In this document: one piece after another, positions 48,490 to 61,313 of the stretch
How the letters are laid out: every line of letters begins with the position of its first letter
Numbering within the stretch: position 1 is the first letter of the stretch
NCBI RefSeq assembly: GCF_041956535.1
Contig: NW_027192210.1
Coordinates: forward strand, 256,021 to 320,020
Direction of reading: 5' to 3'
DNA from: Calcarisporiella thermophila CBS 279.70
Taxonomy: Eukaryota > Fungi > Calcarisporiellomycota
Length of the DNA: 64,000 nt
Notes under the pieces: generated by a model
What the model was told of the DNA's origin: nothing
Database searches by the model: none
Seen by the model: the letters and a program-made list of their open reading frames with translations, nothing else
Program-made: the position numbers and the translations under genes

Positions 48490-50002
48490 AGAATGAGAAG
48501 GATGCTTTCTTAACAAAACACGGTGCGGACGTGTTAAAAAGTCGAGGCGAGGGGGGGGGATTTTTGAATCAAAATGAGTACAATAGGGTGACATAAATGG
48601 AGCAAGGGATGCACGTCACGCTTGATCGCAATCGAGGCAACGAGTCATCTTGCAAGCTAAAATCACTTCGATCTTTGCGTCTTTTTTCTTCTTTCCTTTG
48701 CGACAAACAGCCATTGCTCCCACTTAATACAGGCGCGAAGGTTCTTTGGCTTCTCATCCTCGCTCTATCTAAACATGTTAAGAAAGACCCTAGGAAACAT
48801 GGAAACTCAAAATATGTATACACGACAAAGAGGCTCGGGAAATCTATCCATCTTTTCTGTAGTCCTAGAGTTAATTGTGAGTCACCCTAGCAATAAGCGA
48901 TATGGTGGCGTTTAATGGACTAATTTCGCCCTCTGTCTTGGTTACCTTTTCAAAGGCCTTCGCAGGGATACCCTTCTTCTTCGGCGCTGGTTGCAGGCCT
49001 CATTTGCTGAACAAGTAGTCTCCTTTCCTGCTTAGTTTGAGGTTGCGATCAATGCTAGAGCTTGTGGCCTACACCAAAAGCTGAGAAAGAGCAATGACCG
49101 CAGTTGCCCACTCTTTCTCGTATACCCAAGCACCGTCCTGAGAGGTGGGACTGAGTGACAGGAGCTTCTTGCAGCTTTGAAGCTTGTACGTTTGGCTCTG
49201 TGGATTCACCTTGGTAGAATGAAGCCGAGCGGCTTGCCATTGCTTAGATTACTGTGGACTATATGTGATGCAATGCTTGGTTCAGTTTGACCAAGAAACA
49301 ACAAGCTTGGGAGAAAAGACAACGAAAGTTTCCAAGCAAATTCTGCTTGCTTTCGTCCTAAGCAACTCGGCCTTTCAATGTCATTCCAAGCGCAAGTTTC
49401 CACAAGCTTCTAAAACTATTTTTTCTGAATTGTACAAACCTTATTAAGGTTCCTCCCAAACTTCCAACCACGCAAATTGAACTATATGAAAGTTTTCCCA
49501 AATAAAGGCACCTCCTCCATCCAGGATCAACTGCGGTTCAGATGAACAGATCTACTCTTCTATAACATGGCATATAAGATGCTACAAAAGTAGAGCCACA
49601 GATATAACAGGAGAAGGGAGAGGTTGTGAAAAAAGTTTTCTTTTAAGTTTAATAGCTTTTTTAGTAGAGAAAAATATATATATATATAGGGAGAAAAGGA
49701 TAAAGTGTCAATAGAAACGTTACAAAGAACAGGGAGGCGAGAGAGAGGAAAAAAAAAAAAGCGTTTTAAGAGAACAAAAATCACGGTAGAGTATAAAATA
49801 GATCATAAAAAAATATTTTCAAGAACCCATAATATTGAAGAAGAAAAAAAGAAAATTCCCATGAAGATAAAATAAAAAAAATCGAAATAACAGCAAAGAA
49901 AAAAAATTCACTCTTTTTTGAATATAAAAAAATCTAAAAAAAAAGGAAATCTGCAACCTCGCACCCTCTCCTATTAATTAGTTGGAAGGAAGGCTTGCGG
50001 AA

Positions 50003-51318
50003 TTAATGCGTTTGTCCCCCACGACCCCCGCCTCGATTCCCACCTCGTCCCCCACGACCACCTCGGGGTCCACTGCCACCCCCACCTCCTCCTCTACGCT
50101 CGCCATTTTCTCCTCGGACATTGCGTCGATCTCCACCTTGGAAACCGCGTCCACCACGGTAATCACCCGAACGACGTTTATCATCGCCACCATCTTCGTA
50201 TCGGCGCCCGCGTGATTGCCGCTGTCCTTGCACAGTCTTAAAGCCCTCGTCTTGGTCCTGCTGTTGGGGCTGTAATTGTGCGTCATTACTGGCTGATTGT
50301 GGTTGCTGCTGCTGCTGCTGTTTCTGATTATTTTCCTGATTCTTCTGCTTACCAGACTGAGTAGGCGCTTTTTGGGATTTAGGCTCTGGAGCGGGAGTCG
50401 AAGTGCCCTTTGCAGCCGATACGTTGGTGCCCCATTGGTCGACGTTGCGAGCAGCAAGATTGGCCCAAGTTTTAGGAGTAGAGGCAGCAGCACCAGCAGA
50501 GGGCTGCGAAGATCTATCATGCTTCTTCTTATCTGATGAAGGCTTCTTTTCTGTTGCCACTGCAGCTTCTTCCTTCACGGGAGTAGGAGTGCCAACCTTC
50601 TCTACAGGCTCTTTCTGATCCGTCACGGAAGTGCCTTCCGCAGCAGAAGGAGCAGCAGCAATAGGCTCGGCAGCAACAGGTTCAGGCTTCGACTCCTCTT
50701 TTACTTCCTCCTTTGCCACATCTTGAGCTTCTATTTGCTTTTCCTGCGTTGTGCTTTCGTCCTCCACCTCGTCCTCATACTCTTCTTCTTCTTCGGCAGT
50801 GCTTTCTTTCAAATACCGGAATATGTCGTTGAGCACGTAGTATCCGTTTGGTTGCTCCGCAAGGAAGAAGGTCTGTGCGAATTTGCGATAAGGTCCATCA
50901 TTGTTCGACATCTCGCCCAGGACTTGGATTACAATGCCACCATTATGCGAAGGTTGGCTATCGACATTAAAAATTTTAACCTTGCAGTCCTGGAAGCTAA
51001 GTTCAATGATTTTCTTGTGTATTTCCTAGATAAGTAGCATATTTAAAAGTTAAGCATCAACACCAATCGGATTAATATCGGCGTGCAAGTTACCTGTTGT
51101 CCTTGGCATTGCTCAACGCTTTCTCCCTCTGTGCCATGAATCATGCTTGATTTTTTTGAGTAGAAGCAGTGGAGGCGTTCAGGCTCCCGATTGACAAATG
51201 TGTAATACTCGTGGACGAACATCATTCCAACCTCAAATGGGAGAATCTTTTGTTGCTGCTGCTGCTGGCCGTTGGCAGAAGCAGTGTTAGGAGATCCATT
51301 AGCGGGTGCGGTGGCCAT
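50003..51318 (-). CDS. G3BP/Bre5/Nxt3-like NTF2-domain protein with RGG tail
   Basis: EVGMMFVHEYYTFVNREPERLHCFY..GQQ|EIHKKIIELSF..IVIQVLGEMSN..KFAQTFFLAEQPNGYYVLNDIFRYL, an acidic region, PKTWANLAA and RGG repeats. Confidence 0.92.
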
Positions 51319-51881
51319 TTCCTTTTTTGAGAGTTTTTTTTATCTAGAAATGAGAGTGAATTGAAGATACTGATTAGATCGAGCATTTCATGATCAGACA
51401 TGAAAAATCAGATAGCCAAAAAAAGTAAGTACGGCAAAATTACAAGATCCTGACCACGATGATGACTTACTTTTTTTATTAAGAGTGATGAAGATATAAT
51501 AATCCCGCCGATTAATGGCGACTTGTAGGGAAAATAAAATGAAAAGGTTTTTGATCAAAAAATAAAAAATAAAATCGAAATCGTACCTCAGCAATTTCTT
51601 TTGTAATCTTTTTTTTTTGAGTTTAGATATGTAAACAGACCACGTCATCAATCTACCAACTTTTCCCTCTCCTGTCGACTAGTATCTATTTCGATGGTTG
51701 TCAAGCTCCAAACAATCCTTTAAACTATAATAATCCCGGGAATTAATTTGGATCGTTTCTAGTGTCTCGACGATCATACGGCCGCGGATACATACATACA
51801 TATATATACATAACTAGATATTTGTATGTATATTTATTCGCATCTTTAGACGCCTTTCGCGATTAGTTTTCGATAAACAAT

Positions 51882-52889
51882 ATGGCAGAAAAATCTTTTG
51901 CCTCTCTCTTCCGGTATTCCAAGCTCGCGTCGTATGACCCCTCTCTCCCCCAGGTATATCACACATACGGTGCTCTCCATCGCATCGGTGACTGGGGTCT
52001 CAAGCGCAATCTCCCCACTGTTGTGCGCACTAAATATGCCACCATCCAGGCTCTCGATACGCAGGAACATCAGACGCCTTACCGCTCTGCTCAGGACTCT
52101 GTGCTCTTTTTGCAGCGCTGGCGCGAGAATTTTGGTCCTGCGGGGGGCGCCATACCAAATTTGAAACGAACCGACAGGGACATTGCATCGATGTCTGAGA
52201 AGCAGTGGAAACGGCTTCTAGGAAAAGCGCGAAAACGCAGAGATGAGTGGAAAAAGAGCGTCAAGAACGGAGATATCTCTGGAGACGCTTGGCTACAATT
52301 TATGGGCTTGACTCGTGGGACTCACAAGTCACAAATCGCAAGACCCATCTATGCTCCTGGATTAAGCGGTCGTGGAAGACAAGTCGAAGGTCGCGTGTTG
52401 AACCGTTATGAGGGTGGATTTGCAGTGGGTGTTTGCGGTGTCGTTGCCTATCTCCCCTACCGCTACGGAATGGGTCTGTGGAACCCCAACCAGCGCTACC
52501 GTCGCACCTTCGATGTAGTCCAGGCCGGTTTTGATGACCAAGGACGCCCCTCAGTGACCCTGAATCTCCCGAGCCAGAACGACATCGATGAAGAAGAATA
52601 CATCCCTGCTCTCTCCTCCTCCACTGCTTCCTCTGCCTCTTCTCAAACCTCTGTCACAAAACGCGAATCAACCTCGCGCTATTTTGATGCCTCACAGTTG
52701 AAAAATGCCGCCACCTCCAGCGATCTGGAGTCAAAGGTGTTAAATTTGCTGAGTGCAAGCGGGAAGGAAGAAGCAACCGCCCAAAGTGGACGCTTTTTCG
52801 GTGGAAATAAACGCTCGAAGAAAATCTCTGATGCTGCAAGCGAATTGCCCTTGGACATTTTGGACCCTTCGAGTGCAAAGAAAAAGTAG
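51882..52889 (+). CDS. MRP51: Mitochondrial small-subunit ribosomal protein bS1m (single exon)
   Basis: SFASLFRYSKLA..GDWGLKRNLP..LDTQEHQTPY..VEGRVLN..GFAVGVCGVVA. Confidence 0.85.
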   Translation: MAEKSFASLFRYSKLASYDPSLPQVYHTYGALHRIGDWGLKRNLPTVVRTKYATIQALDTQEHQTPYRSAQDSVLFLQRWRENFGPAGGAIPNLKRTDRDIASMSEKQWKRLLGKARKRRDEWKKSVKNGDISGDAWLQFMGLTRGTHKSQIARPIYAPGLSGRGRQVEGRVLNRYEGGFAVGVCGVVAYLPYRYGMGLWNPNQRYRRTFDVVQAGFDDQGRPSVTLNLPSQNDIDEEEYIPALSSSTASSASSQTSVTKRESTSRYFDASQLKNAATSSDLESKVLNLLSASGKEEATAQSGRFFGGNKRSKKISDAASELPLDILDPSSAKKK

Positions 52890-53200
52890 GTTGAGTGGCT
52901 GTGGTCGATGTTGTTGTTGCTGTTGTTGTTATGTGTCAATAGAACTCTTAATGCATATATCTCAAAAATATAACACGAGTTAACAAAGAATGGGCTAGAA
53001 GCAGTAAACCTAAAATGTTTTTCTGAACTACAGTATTTGAGCATTCAATCCACGGCCTCTTGAATAGCAGAAATTAGCAGTCACAGAGAAAGAACAAAAT
53101 CTGTCGCTGCTAGGGTAGAGAAGAGTTCCTTCTCCCTGACTTGTTTTGAAAAATTGTAAGTATCCGTCGCGCAAGAAGATAGCGGGAGGAGTGGTAGAGC

Positions 53201-53261
53201 GGATGGATGGGATGGATGGGATGGATGGGATGATGGGTTATAGGGATGGATGGATTGGATG
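53201..53261 (+). repeat. (GGAT/GGGAT)n microsatellite within the probable 5'-UTR intron of RPS0 copy 2
   Basis: ggatggatgggatggatgggatggatgggatgatggg...gatggatggattggatg. The donor GTAAGT is at 53156, with candidate acceptors at 53311, 53335 and 53344. Confidence 0.8.
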
Positions 53262-53345
53262 AATATTATGAAAATTTATTGTGGGCTAATAATCACCATG
53301 TTCATCAATAGATCTGTCACCCTAACTTTCGACAGCAATTTCAGA

Positions 53346-54232
53346 ATGTCAAAATTCCCTGCCGCATTAAACGGTATTTCTTTTTCGCACAATCGGCGTC
53401 GTGTCGATCGTTGATTAATGTGAATTGCTATTTTTTAGCCACCGAAGAGGATATCCAGCAGATGCTGGCTGCCCAGACCCACATTGGTACCAAGAACTGC
53501 AACATCCGCATGCAGCCTTATGTGTACAAGCGCCGTGCTGATGGTATCCACCTTCTCAACATCGGCAAGACCTGGGAGAAANNNNNNNNNNNNNNNNNNN
53601 NNNNNNNNNNNNNNNNNNNNNNNNNNNNNNNNNNNNNNNNNNNNNNNNNNNNNNNNNNNNNNNNNNNNNNNNNNNNNNNNNNNNNNNNNNNNNNNNNNNN
53701 NNNNNNNNNNNNNNNNNNNNNNNNNNNNNNNNNNNNNNNNNNNNNNNNNNNNNNNNNNNNNNNNNNNNNNNNNNNNNNNNNNNNNNNNNNNNNNNNNNNN
53801 NNNNNNNNNNNNNNNNNNNNNNNNNNNNNNNNNNNNNNNNNNNNNNNNNNNNNNNNNNNNNNNNNNNNNNNNNNNNNNNNNNNNNNNNNNNNNNNNNNNN
53901 NNNNNNNNNNNNNNNNNNNNNNNNNNNNNNNNNNNNNNNNNNNNNNNNNNNNNNNNNNNNNNNNNNNNNNNNNNNNNNNNCTAAGGCCGAGGCCTTTGCC
54001 GCCCCTGAGGAGGCGTGGGGCGCTGAGGAGACCGCCGACTGGTCCGCTGAAGGAAGTGCGGCTCCTGGCGCTATCGACCCCCGCGTTGCTGCCCTTGCCA
54101 GTGGCTACGGTGGAGACGTGAGTATTGAATAACTATCGTGTATCTCGATCCCATTAAACTTAATCCTTTTTTATTTTATTATAGTGGTCTGCCGATGCTC
54201 ATCCTCAAGGAGAATCCCAATGGGACGTGTAA
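53346..54232 (+). CDS. RPS0: 40S ribosomal protein S0/uS2, copy 2 (centre lost in N gap)
   Basis: Exon 1 at 53346-53373 and exon 2 from 53439 ([22 protein letters not shown]). After the gap comes the acidic W-rich tail [23 protein letters not shown]|[15 protein letters not shown]. Confidence 0.93.
53582..53980. other. Assembly gap (399 N)
   Basis: Run of N. Confidence 1.
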
Positions 54233-54910
54233 AGAGCGCATACGTTACTTTACGCCTTCCACTTCTCTTATTATCTAAAAAAAAAAAACAAATCTAAATA
54301 AACCTATACTTTAAAAATCTATTGAACGGTCTAACTACGGCAAAGGGCATGCCATTCTTAACTATACCTATTTGCAATAAATATGGAAGTTGGATATGTT
54401 TCCCATAGGTGCATAGAATGCATTTAGTATTCAAGAAGACAAGAGGATACTAAAGTGACTCTGGCAACACTAAATAGGTGGTTAGTTTCTCTTTAAATAC
54501 ACTGTCACCAAAACTGCCAATACAGGATCACTCCAGTCTCCTCTATATTGCTAAGGTTCAGTTTTGTTAAAGATGAACATATCAAAATCTTCGAGCCACT
54601 TTAATAGTTAATTGCATAATGTGAGTAGTGTGTAGCTGTGGACAAGCCTGCGCTACTCAACGCATGTAATAATAGTTCACATACTACTAATTTCCTCAAG
54701 AATGAAGCCCCTTTCGACTTAGCATAGGCCACTGCACCCTAACCTCCAAGGAGGTTAATTATTGCGCTTGGCGCGATCGGCGGACTGTTAAATCTAAAAT
54801 TTCATAACGAAACGAGAGCGTTAAATCCAATCGAGAGAGGAAAACTTAGACAATAGGTCAAATACGCCATATATATCAATCTCATTCATGAAATTTTCAC
54901 CGCTATCAAC

Positions 54911-57117
54911 ATGATGCTTTCATACTTTCTCTTTATCCTCATGCTAGCCCAACTTCTATTTGCCCAAGACGCAGAGCAGACTGCCCCATTATCCTCTCAG
55001 GTCGTTCCTGCGACGAGCATATTGCAGCCTGCACTCCCCACATCGAATGGAGCAGGGAATAACAACTCGATTCCGGTAGAATTTCCGAACCCCGAATACA
55101 TTCGTCTCTTAGGCCACAGTTTCTATTTCTATATGGCTCAGCGAAGTGGCAAGTTGGGATCTGATTTTCCTATTTCATGGTGAGCGGTTTTTTAATGCAT
55201 CTTTGTCAAGGGTACAAGTATTCATAAATATTCTTCATTTGAATTTAGGCGACACGATTCTGCACTGGATGATGGGCAAGACCAAGGCGTTGACTTAAGT
55301 GGAGGATACTATGATGCCGGCGATTGTAATGTGTGACTATCTATCATTGGGTGGATACTCGAAAATTAACCTCTTTTTGCAATAGACCTCAAATTCACAT
55401 TCCCGCTTGCCTACACACTCTCCATCGTCTCTTGGGGGGCAATTGAGAATTGGCAAGGTTATGTGCTCTCCAAGCAGACCGACCAACTTAGAGACATGCT
55501 TAAATGGGGCACAGACTGGCTGATAAAGGCTCACCCAGATAACAACACGCTGTTCGTGCAGGTTGGAGATGGGAAGGTGGACAATGAGTGTACGTAGCGA
55601 GAATATCTTATTCTTCCTTTCTTTTCGGTTCTTTAAAACTCGAACTTTTATACGCTTTTACCAGATTGGGGTCCTGATACTGGAATCCCGAAACCTCGGC
55701 CGTCCTACAAAATCACCACTGATAAGAAGGGTACCGATATCGCAGCTGCCACTGCCGCTGCATTCGCCTCGACATCGATGGTCTTTCGCCAGCTGAATCT
55801 CAATCAGGATGCGGATCTGCTTCTTCAGCATGCAAAGGAACTCTTCGTGTTTGCCGAGCAAGAACCCTTTACCCTCTACACCGACTCGGTGCCTGCCTCG
55901 AAAGACTACTATGCTTCACAATCTTTTGCGGATGAATTGGTGTGGGCTGCATTGTAATTCCCTCTTCATTCTTTTTGTTAAACGATAATGCGTCTCACTC
56001 TATCCTCTTCACTCATAGATGGCTTGCGCGCGCAACTAACGATCCTTCCTACAAGCAAAAAGCATCGAATTACTTTGATCGCTTCCGTCTCGCAGGCAAA
56101 AACACTCCAATGGATTGGTCGGACGCAACTGGGGGAGTCTATGTGTTGGGCGCGGAAGTTGATCAAGATACTTCGATATACAGATTGGAAGCGGAACGGT
56201 ATTTGGATGCTAAAGTGAACCAAAAAGACGGAAAATGCTCACTAAAAGCTGAGGGATTGCTCTGGTGCGGAGACGCATCCCAATCCAACTCGTTGCAACC
56301 TCCTCTCAATACTGCTTTTCTCTTGATTACATATGCGAACAAGGTGAATCCGGCTAAGAACTCTACCTACTATCCTTTTGCCATGTCCCAGGTAAATTGA
56401 GCTCGCTATTTAAAATACAAAAAAAAACGTACTGCGAATAACTTTGTCCTGAATTAAATTATCTCATACCCCTACTTAAGTGGAATTATGCCCTCGGAAA
56501 GAACCCGATGAACACACCGGTAGGGGCCTTTCAGAAAAAGTTTTTTTTATCTGTTTCAATCCTCACCCCTTTGTTGGATGCTAGTACGTAGTAGGGGTCC
56601 ACAAAAATTCCCCCGTCAATCCCCATCATGCCGGAGCTCACGGAGGAGTTGGCCTTAAAAACATAAATAGCCCTCCAGTCAACGAACATATTCTCTATGG
56701 TGCCGTTGTCGGTGGTCCAGGAAGCGACGGATGGTTTGATGATGAGAGAACAAACTATGACCAGAGCGAGACAGCTTTGGATTACAATGCAGTGAGTTTT
56801 TGTTGTTTGAATGACCGTCAGCTTCTCTTGCATTTACTAATATATCTTTCTTTCTTTCATCGTCATCAACTCCTTCATAGCCTTTCCAGAGTTTGCTGGC
56901 CTATCAATTGCAAACTACCTCTGAGCCCCCTTATTATGTGTATGTCACCGAACCACGACCCAAACGAGGCGGTCTTCCTACCTGGGCAATCGTGGTTATT
57001 GTGCTGGTAGTATTGCTTTTGGTTGTTGGGTGCTGCTGGTTCTGGATTTACCGTAAGAGGGATGCGTTGCGAAGATATTTCGCAAATAGAAAGAACAGTA
57101 CAAAATCTCATCTATAA
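54911..57117 (+). CDS. Glycoside hydrolase family 9 endoglucanase, signal peptide plus C-terminal TM anchor (multi-exon)
   Basis: FYMAQRSGKL, W|RHDSALDDG..DLSGGYYDAGD|YLKF, LKWGTDWLIKAH, ADELVWAALW, PHHAG and NYDQSETALDYNA, followed by TM WAIVVIVLVVLLLVVGCCWFWIY-RKR. Confidence 0.93.
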
Positions 57118-57767
57118 TAAGCTTAAATTTTATCACTACACTTCAGCCGTTTCTTTTTCTTTCCCTTTTCTTCAATTCTATGATTATTTATGCCAGAGCA
57201 ATATTTTGCTTTAAGTTATTTTTACTGTCAGAATTCCAAACCAATGCATGTGGGCCTGTTCTTGAAACTGAATAAACTATAGATAAATTAGCTAGTAGAA
57301 CATATCATTTGTTTTTACCATCAAATATAGTACGAAAGGCTCTCTCCGGCTTCTTTCACACTACGAATTAGCTTTAGCTGCTTTCGGTTTTGGCCTATTG
57401 GCATCCTAATCCTGTTCTTGGAAAAGAATAGGTGTAGGGTAGTAACGAGTCGAGCCCACATAACTTTATGGGGTTGAACAGAGAAGCTACCCAGAGTCAT
57501 TCTGTGAAAGTTGAACTGCAGCTGGCATCGTTGTGAAGAGGAGAGAAGGATCCCAGCATCGGGACGAGCCAACGTCTCTTGTAGCAAGAGAAGCTCGAAT
57601 TCCCCGCAACCTTCATCCTAGATTTGTGACCTCTCTGCGAAATTAAATTGGATAGGCGGCTTGCCAGAAAATAAATTATGGGATCCCTCTGAATACATAG
57701 CATTTAAACCTTAAATTTTTTAATGCCAATCGATCCAATTTTGATAGCGAAATGTATTGTGCATATA

Positions 57768-60742
57768 TTGGGTAGCGACGACCCGATTACTTTGACAACC
57801 CAGACATCACAGTACATACTATTTTCCACTCGACAACAATGAGCCCTACCAACATGGAAGATGTATCCAAATTGGATCCTAATCGTATGCTTCAATACAT
57901 TGCGAAACTCCAAAAAACTTGTGATACTCTTAAAAAGAAGGTCGCTGATAGCGAAAAATCTATGCACGATCCTTCTCTCACTCAAGATGCTGCTCTTTGA
58001 TCTAGCATCAAACTCGGTAAACCTCCATACTTCTTTGGTAACTTTGGAGAGGACATAGACACTTGGGTCTCAGCCATTAAGCGCTTCCTTCAACCGCACA
58101 GTCTTTCTTCTAAGGACGAGATACTCTATGCTATAACTTCATCTCTCGTCAACTTGTCAAAGGGCTTCAAATTAGAATGGTAGCCATCGACCCATTCCAA
58201 CTCACTTTCGCCGATAGTAATTCACAATAATGCAATCAACAAGTCCGAGACATTTCTCTTCAAGTCAACAATTACCGTGAAAAGTTAAATCTTTTTGTGG
58301 TTGACCTTCCATGTTTTGACATTATCTTGGGAAAACCTTGGCTTGCAAGAAACCAACCTGAAATCAATTGGGTAACTAATGACATTAAATTCCAACATAA
58401 TAGCAAAAGCATCCACTGGAAAAGCAAGAACACACCCATCACTACCTTATCAGCAATGCAAGTACAACGCGCTGCCCATAATTCAGACAATCAAGTATTT
58501 CTCGCTATAATTTCACCAGTCAACAATAACAATAATATCAACCACCACCACAACAAGTGCCCACTCCCCAGAATCGATAAGCTTCTTGATCGATTTGCAG
58601 GCGCAAAAGTATTCTCCAAAATCGACTTGCAATCCGGCTATCATCAAATCAGAATCGCAGAACAAGATACTCTCAAAACAGCCTTTCGAACTCGTTATGG
58701 ACACTATGAATTTAAGGTTCTTCCATTCGGTTTAACCAACGCTCCTGCTACGTTTATGACTTTAATGAACAACATTTTTAATCCGCTACTCAATGAATGT
58801 GTTATTGTATATTTGGATGATATCTTAGTATACAGTAAGGACATTCATGAACACCTCAAGTATCTTCGCCAAGTTCTTCAGATTCTTCGTGACAACAAAT
58901 TATACGCCAAAGCCAGCAAATGCGACTTCCTCTGCACCACAATTGAATTTTTAGGTCAGGTTTTCACACCAGAAGGAATCCAAGTTGACCCCAAGAAAAC
59001 CTCTGCAATTCAATCCTCAGCAGAACAGAACTATGCAACCCATGAAAAGGAACTTTTAGCCATTGTACAATCCCTTCTCACTTGGCGTATTTATCTCGGG
59101 GGTAATCATTTCAACGCTATCATTCTTCTCTACGTTTTTTCCATACGCAACCCACTTTAACAAGACACCAAGCTCGTTGGATGGAACTTCTTCATCAATA
59201 TGACTTCGACATTCTGTATCAACCTGGAAAACCTTATGTTGTTGCCGATGCCTTATCCAGACGCCCTGATCTTCAAGTTAATGCAATATGTCACATTGCC
59301 ACTGATCAAATTTTCTTAGAACAAGTCAAGCTTGGATACAACTCCGATCAATTTTCGCGACCTTTGTGGATTTATTAGAGCACCCTGACAAACCAATTCC
59401 TAAACAACTTCACTATCGTGTCAAGAACTTCACTCTTCATGACGGTTTTCTTTATTACGGGGGAGAGAGGCGAAAAATAGAGTTTGTGTTCCAAATATTT
59501 CGACACTTCGTTTTACACTGTTGAAAGAGCATCACGACACAGCTACCGCAGAACACCTTGGATTCGACAAAACGTACGAGAACATGCACCGACATTTCTA
59601 TTGGCCACACTTGGAAAAAACTTTTAAGCGATATGTTGCGAGCTGCGATACTTGTCAACGCATTAAGTCAAGTAACCAATTGCCCGCTATACTACTTCAA
59701 CCTCAACCCAATCCAACCAAAAGATGGCAACAAGTGGCATGGATCTTATTGTACAACTCCCTAGGATTCGAACAGGCTTCGACATTATCGTAGTTTTTGT
59801 GGATCAATTGACTAAGATGGCGCACTTTGTTCCAACAACAACTACAATTTCTGCACCCGAACTTGCACGGATATACTTTGACACCATATTTCGGTACCAT
59901 GGACTTCCTGAAGCAAACATATCCGACCGCGACCCTCGTTTTATAAGCAATTTCTGGAATGCACTCTTTAGGATCTTGGATACTAAACTCTTAATGTCTA
60001 GTGCATATCACCCACAGAATGACGGCCAAACCGGACGTACCAACAGAACGCTTGAGCAAAGGTTACGCGCTTACGTCTCTTATAAACAAGACAACTGGGA
60101 CAAATTGCTTCCATATTCCGAATTCGCGTACAACAACGCCAGACAGGATTCCACGTAACTTTCACCCTTTTATCTTGCAACTGGAGAACACCCAATAGCA
60201 CCAGCAACGCTACTTCATTCCAATGAAGTAACCCAAGTTCCAGCAACAAATGAGTTTTTGCAACATATGAGGAACTTGATCATCATTGCCACGGATAACC
60301 TCAACGCAGCAAAATTACACCAAGCTCAGTTCGCCAACGAACAACGTCGCAACCTTGAATTTCAGGGCGGCGATAAAGTCCTTCTTTCAACTAAAAACTT
60401 CACGCCCGCGAATCAAGCACGACGCCCTACGAAGAAACTTCAACACAAGTACACAGGTCCCTTTGAAATTGCTGAAGCTATATCAACCGTAGCGTACAGG
60501 CTTAAGCTCCCAAATACAATCAGAATTCATCCAGTCTTTCACGTATCACTCCTTAAGGCTTATCATGAAAACCCGGCTGATTTCCCAGAACGCATCGCAC
60601 CACCACCTCCACCAGTTGAATGGACAGGATACCTTGACTCCGAATCAACTTGGGAACCTCTTGTCAGCTTAACGAATGCCCAAGAATCAATTCAAGAATA
60701 CGAAGCGAGTTTTGAAGAACAACGTTCTTAAAGAGAGGAGAG
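57768..60742 (+). mobile_element. Degenerate Ty3/gypsy (chromovirus-type) LTR retrotransposon internal region
   Basis: PBS-like TGGGTAGCGA at ~57768 and gag remnant FGNFGEDIDTW. Pol remnants: protease [45 protein letters not shown], RNase [13 protein letters not shown], integrase HHD..HLG..CDTC and SDRDPRF, GPF motif, chromodomain WTGY..TWEP. PPT AAAGAGAGGAGAG at 60730-60742 is followed by TG. Multiple frameshifts and stops. Confidence 0.93.
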
Positions 60743-61313
60743 TGTAAGAGGATACATTCAATTATGGATATGCACAGGACGCCACGATGATCTTTATGCA
60801 AAACCGCTTCAGCCTATCCTGGTTTCATACTCTTTTTGTTCCATATCCACATAGTCAAGCCATTAGCCACTGCATTGTTCTTTTATCTTATAAATATGTT
60901 TCAGCCAATTTCAATAACAATAGCGATAGTTTTTTCCTTTTTAATAATTCCTGGACTTTCCCACTGAACACTGACACATTGACTCCAGTTACATATTGTG
61001 TGCAGATTTCTTAAGCTACATTCTCTGCTCGGAGCAAGAGTTCATTTCAGTAGGAAACGATAGACGGCATGATAGAGTGAAATATGCTATTGTGAAAGTC
61101 ATTGTTCAAAATTCTATCTAATGCCAATTCAGCTTTCTATATCGCATTGGAGTAATGACGAAGATTGAAATGAAATATGCTGATTTGATGAATTTAAAAA
61201 TGGGATATTGTGTGGAATAGCATGGCCTTTTGTTGTATAGGCCAGGGACAGATAGATTCATTTCATAAAAATACTATAAAAAACATATCAAAAATAAACC
61301 ACTTATTCATATA

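Noticed and set aside
49052-49100. Peptide NARACGLHQKLRK resembling a GATA finger end
   Set aside because: No upstream CxxC in frame and no gene structure; likely chance.
51788-51833. ATATACATA/TATGTATAT inverted repeat
   Set aside because: Low-complexity TA/TACA microsatellite in a promoter.
53411-54121. ORF-track calls running through X residues
   Set aside because: Artefacts of the N gap; the gap is also shorter than the missing RPS0 coding length, so frame cannot be inferred.
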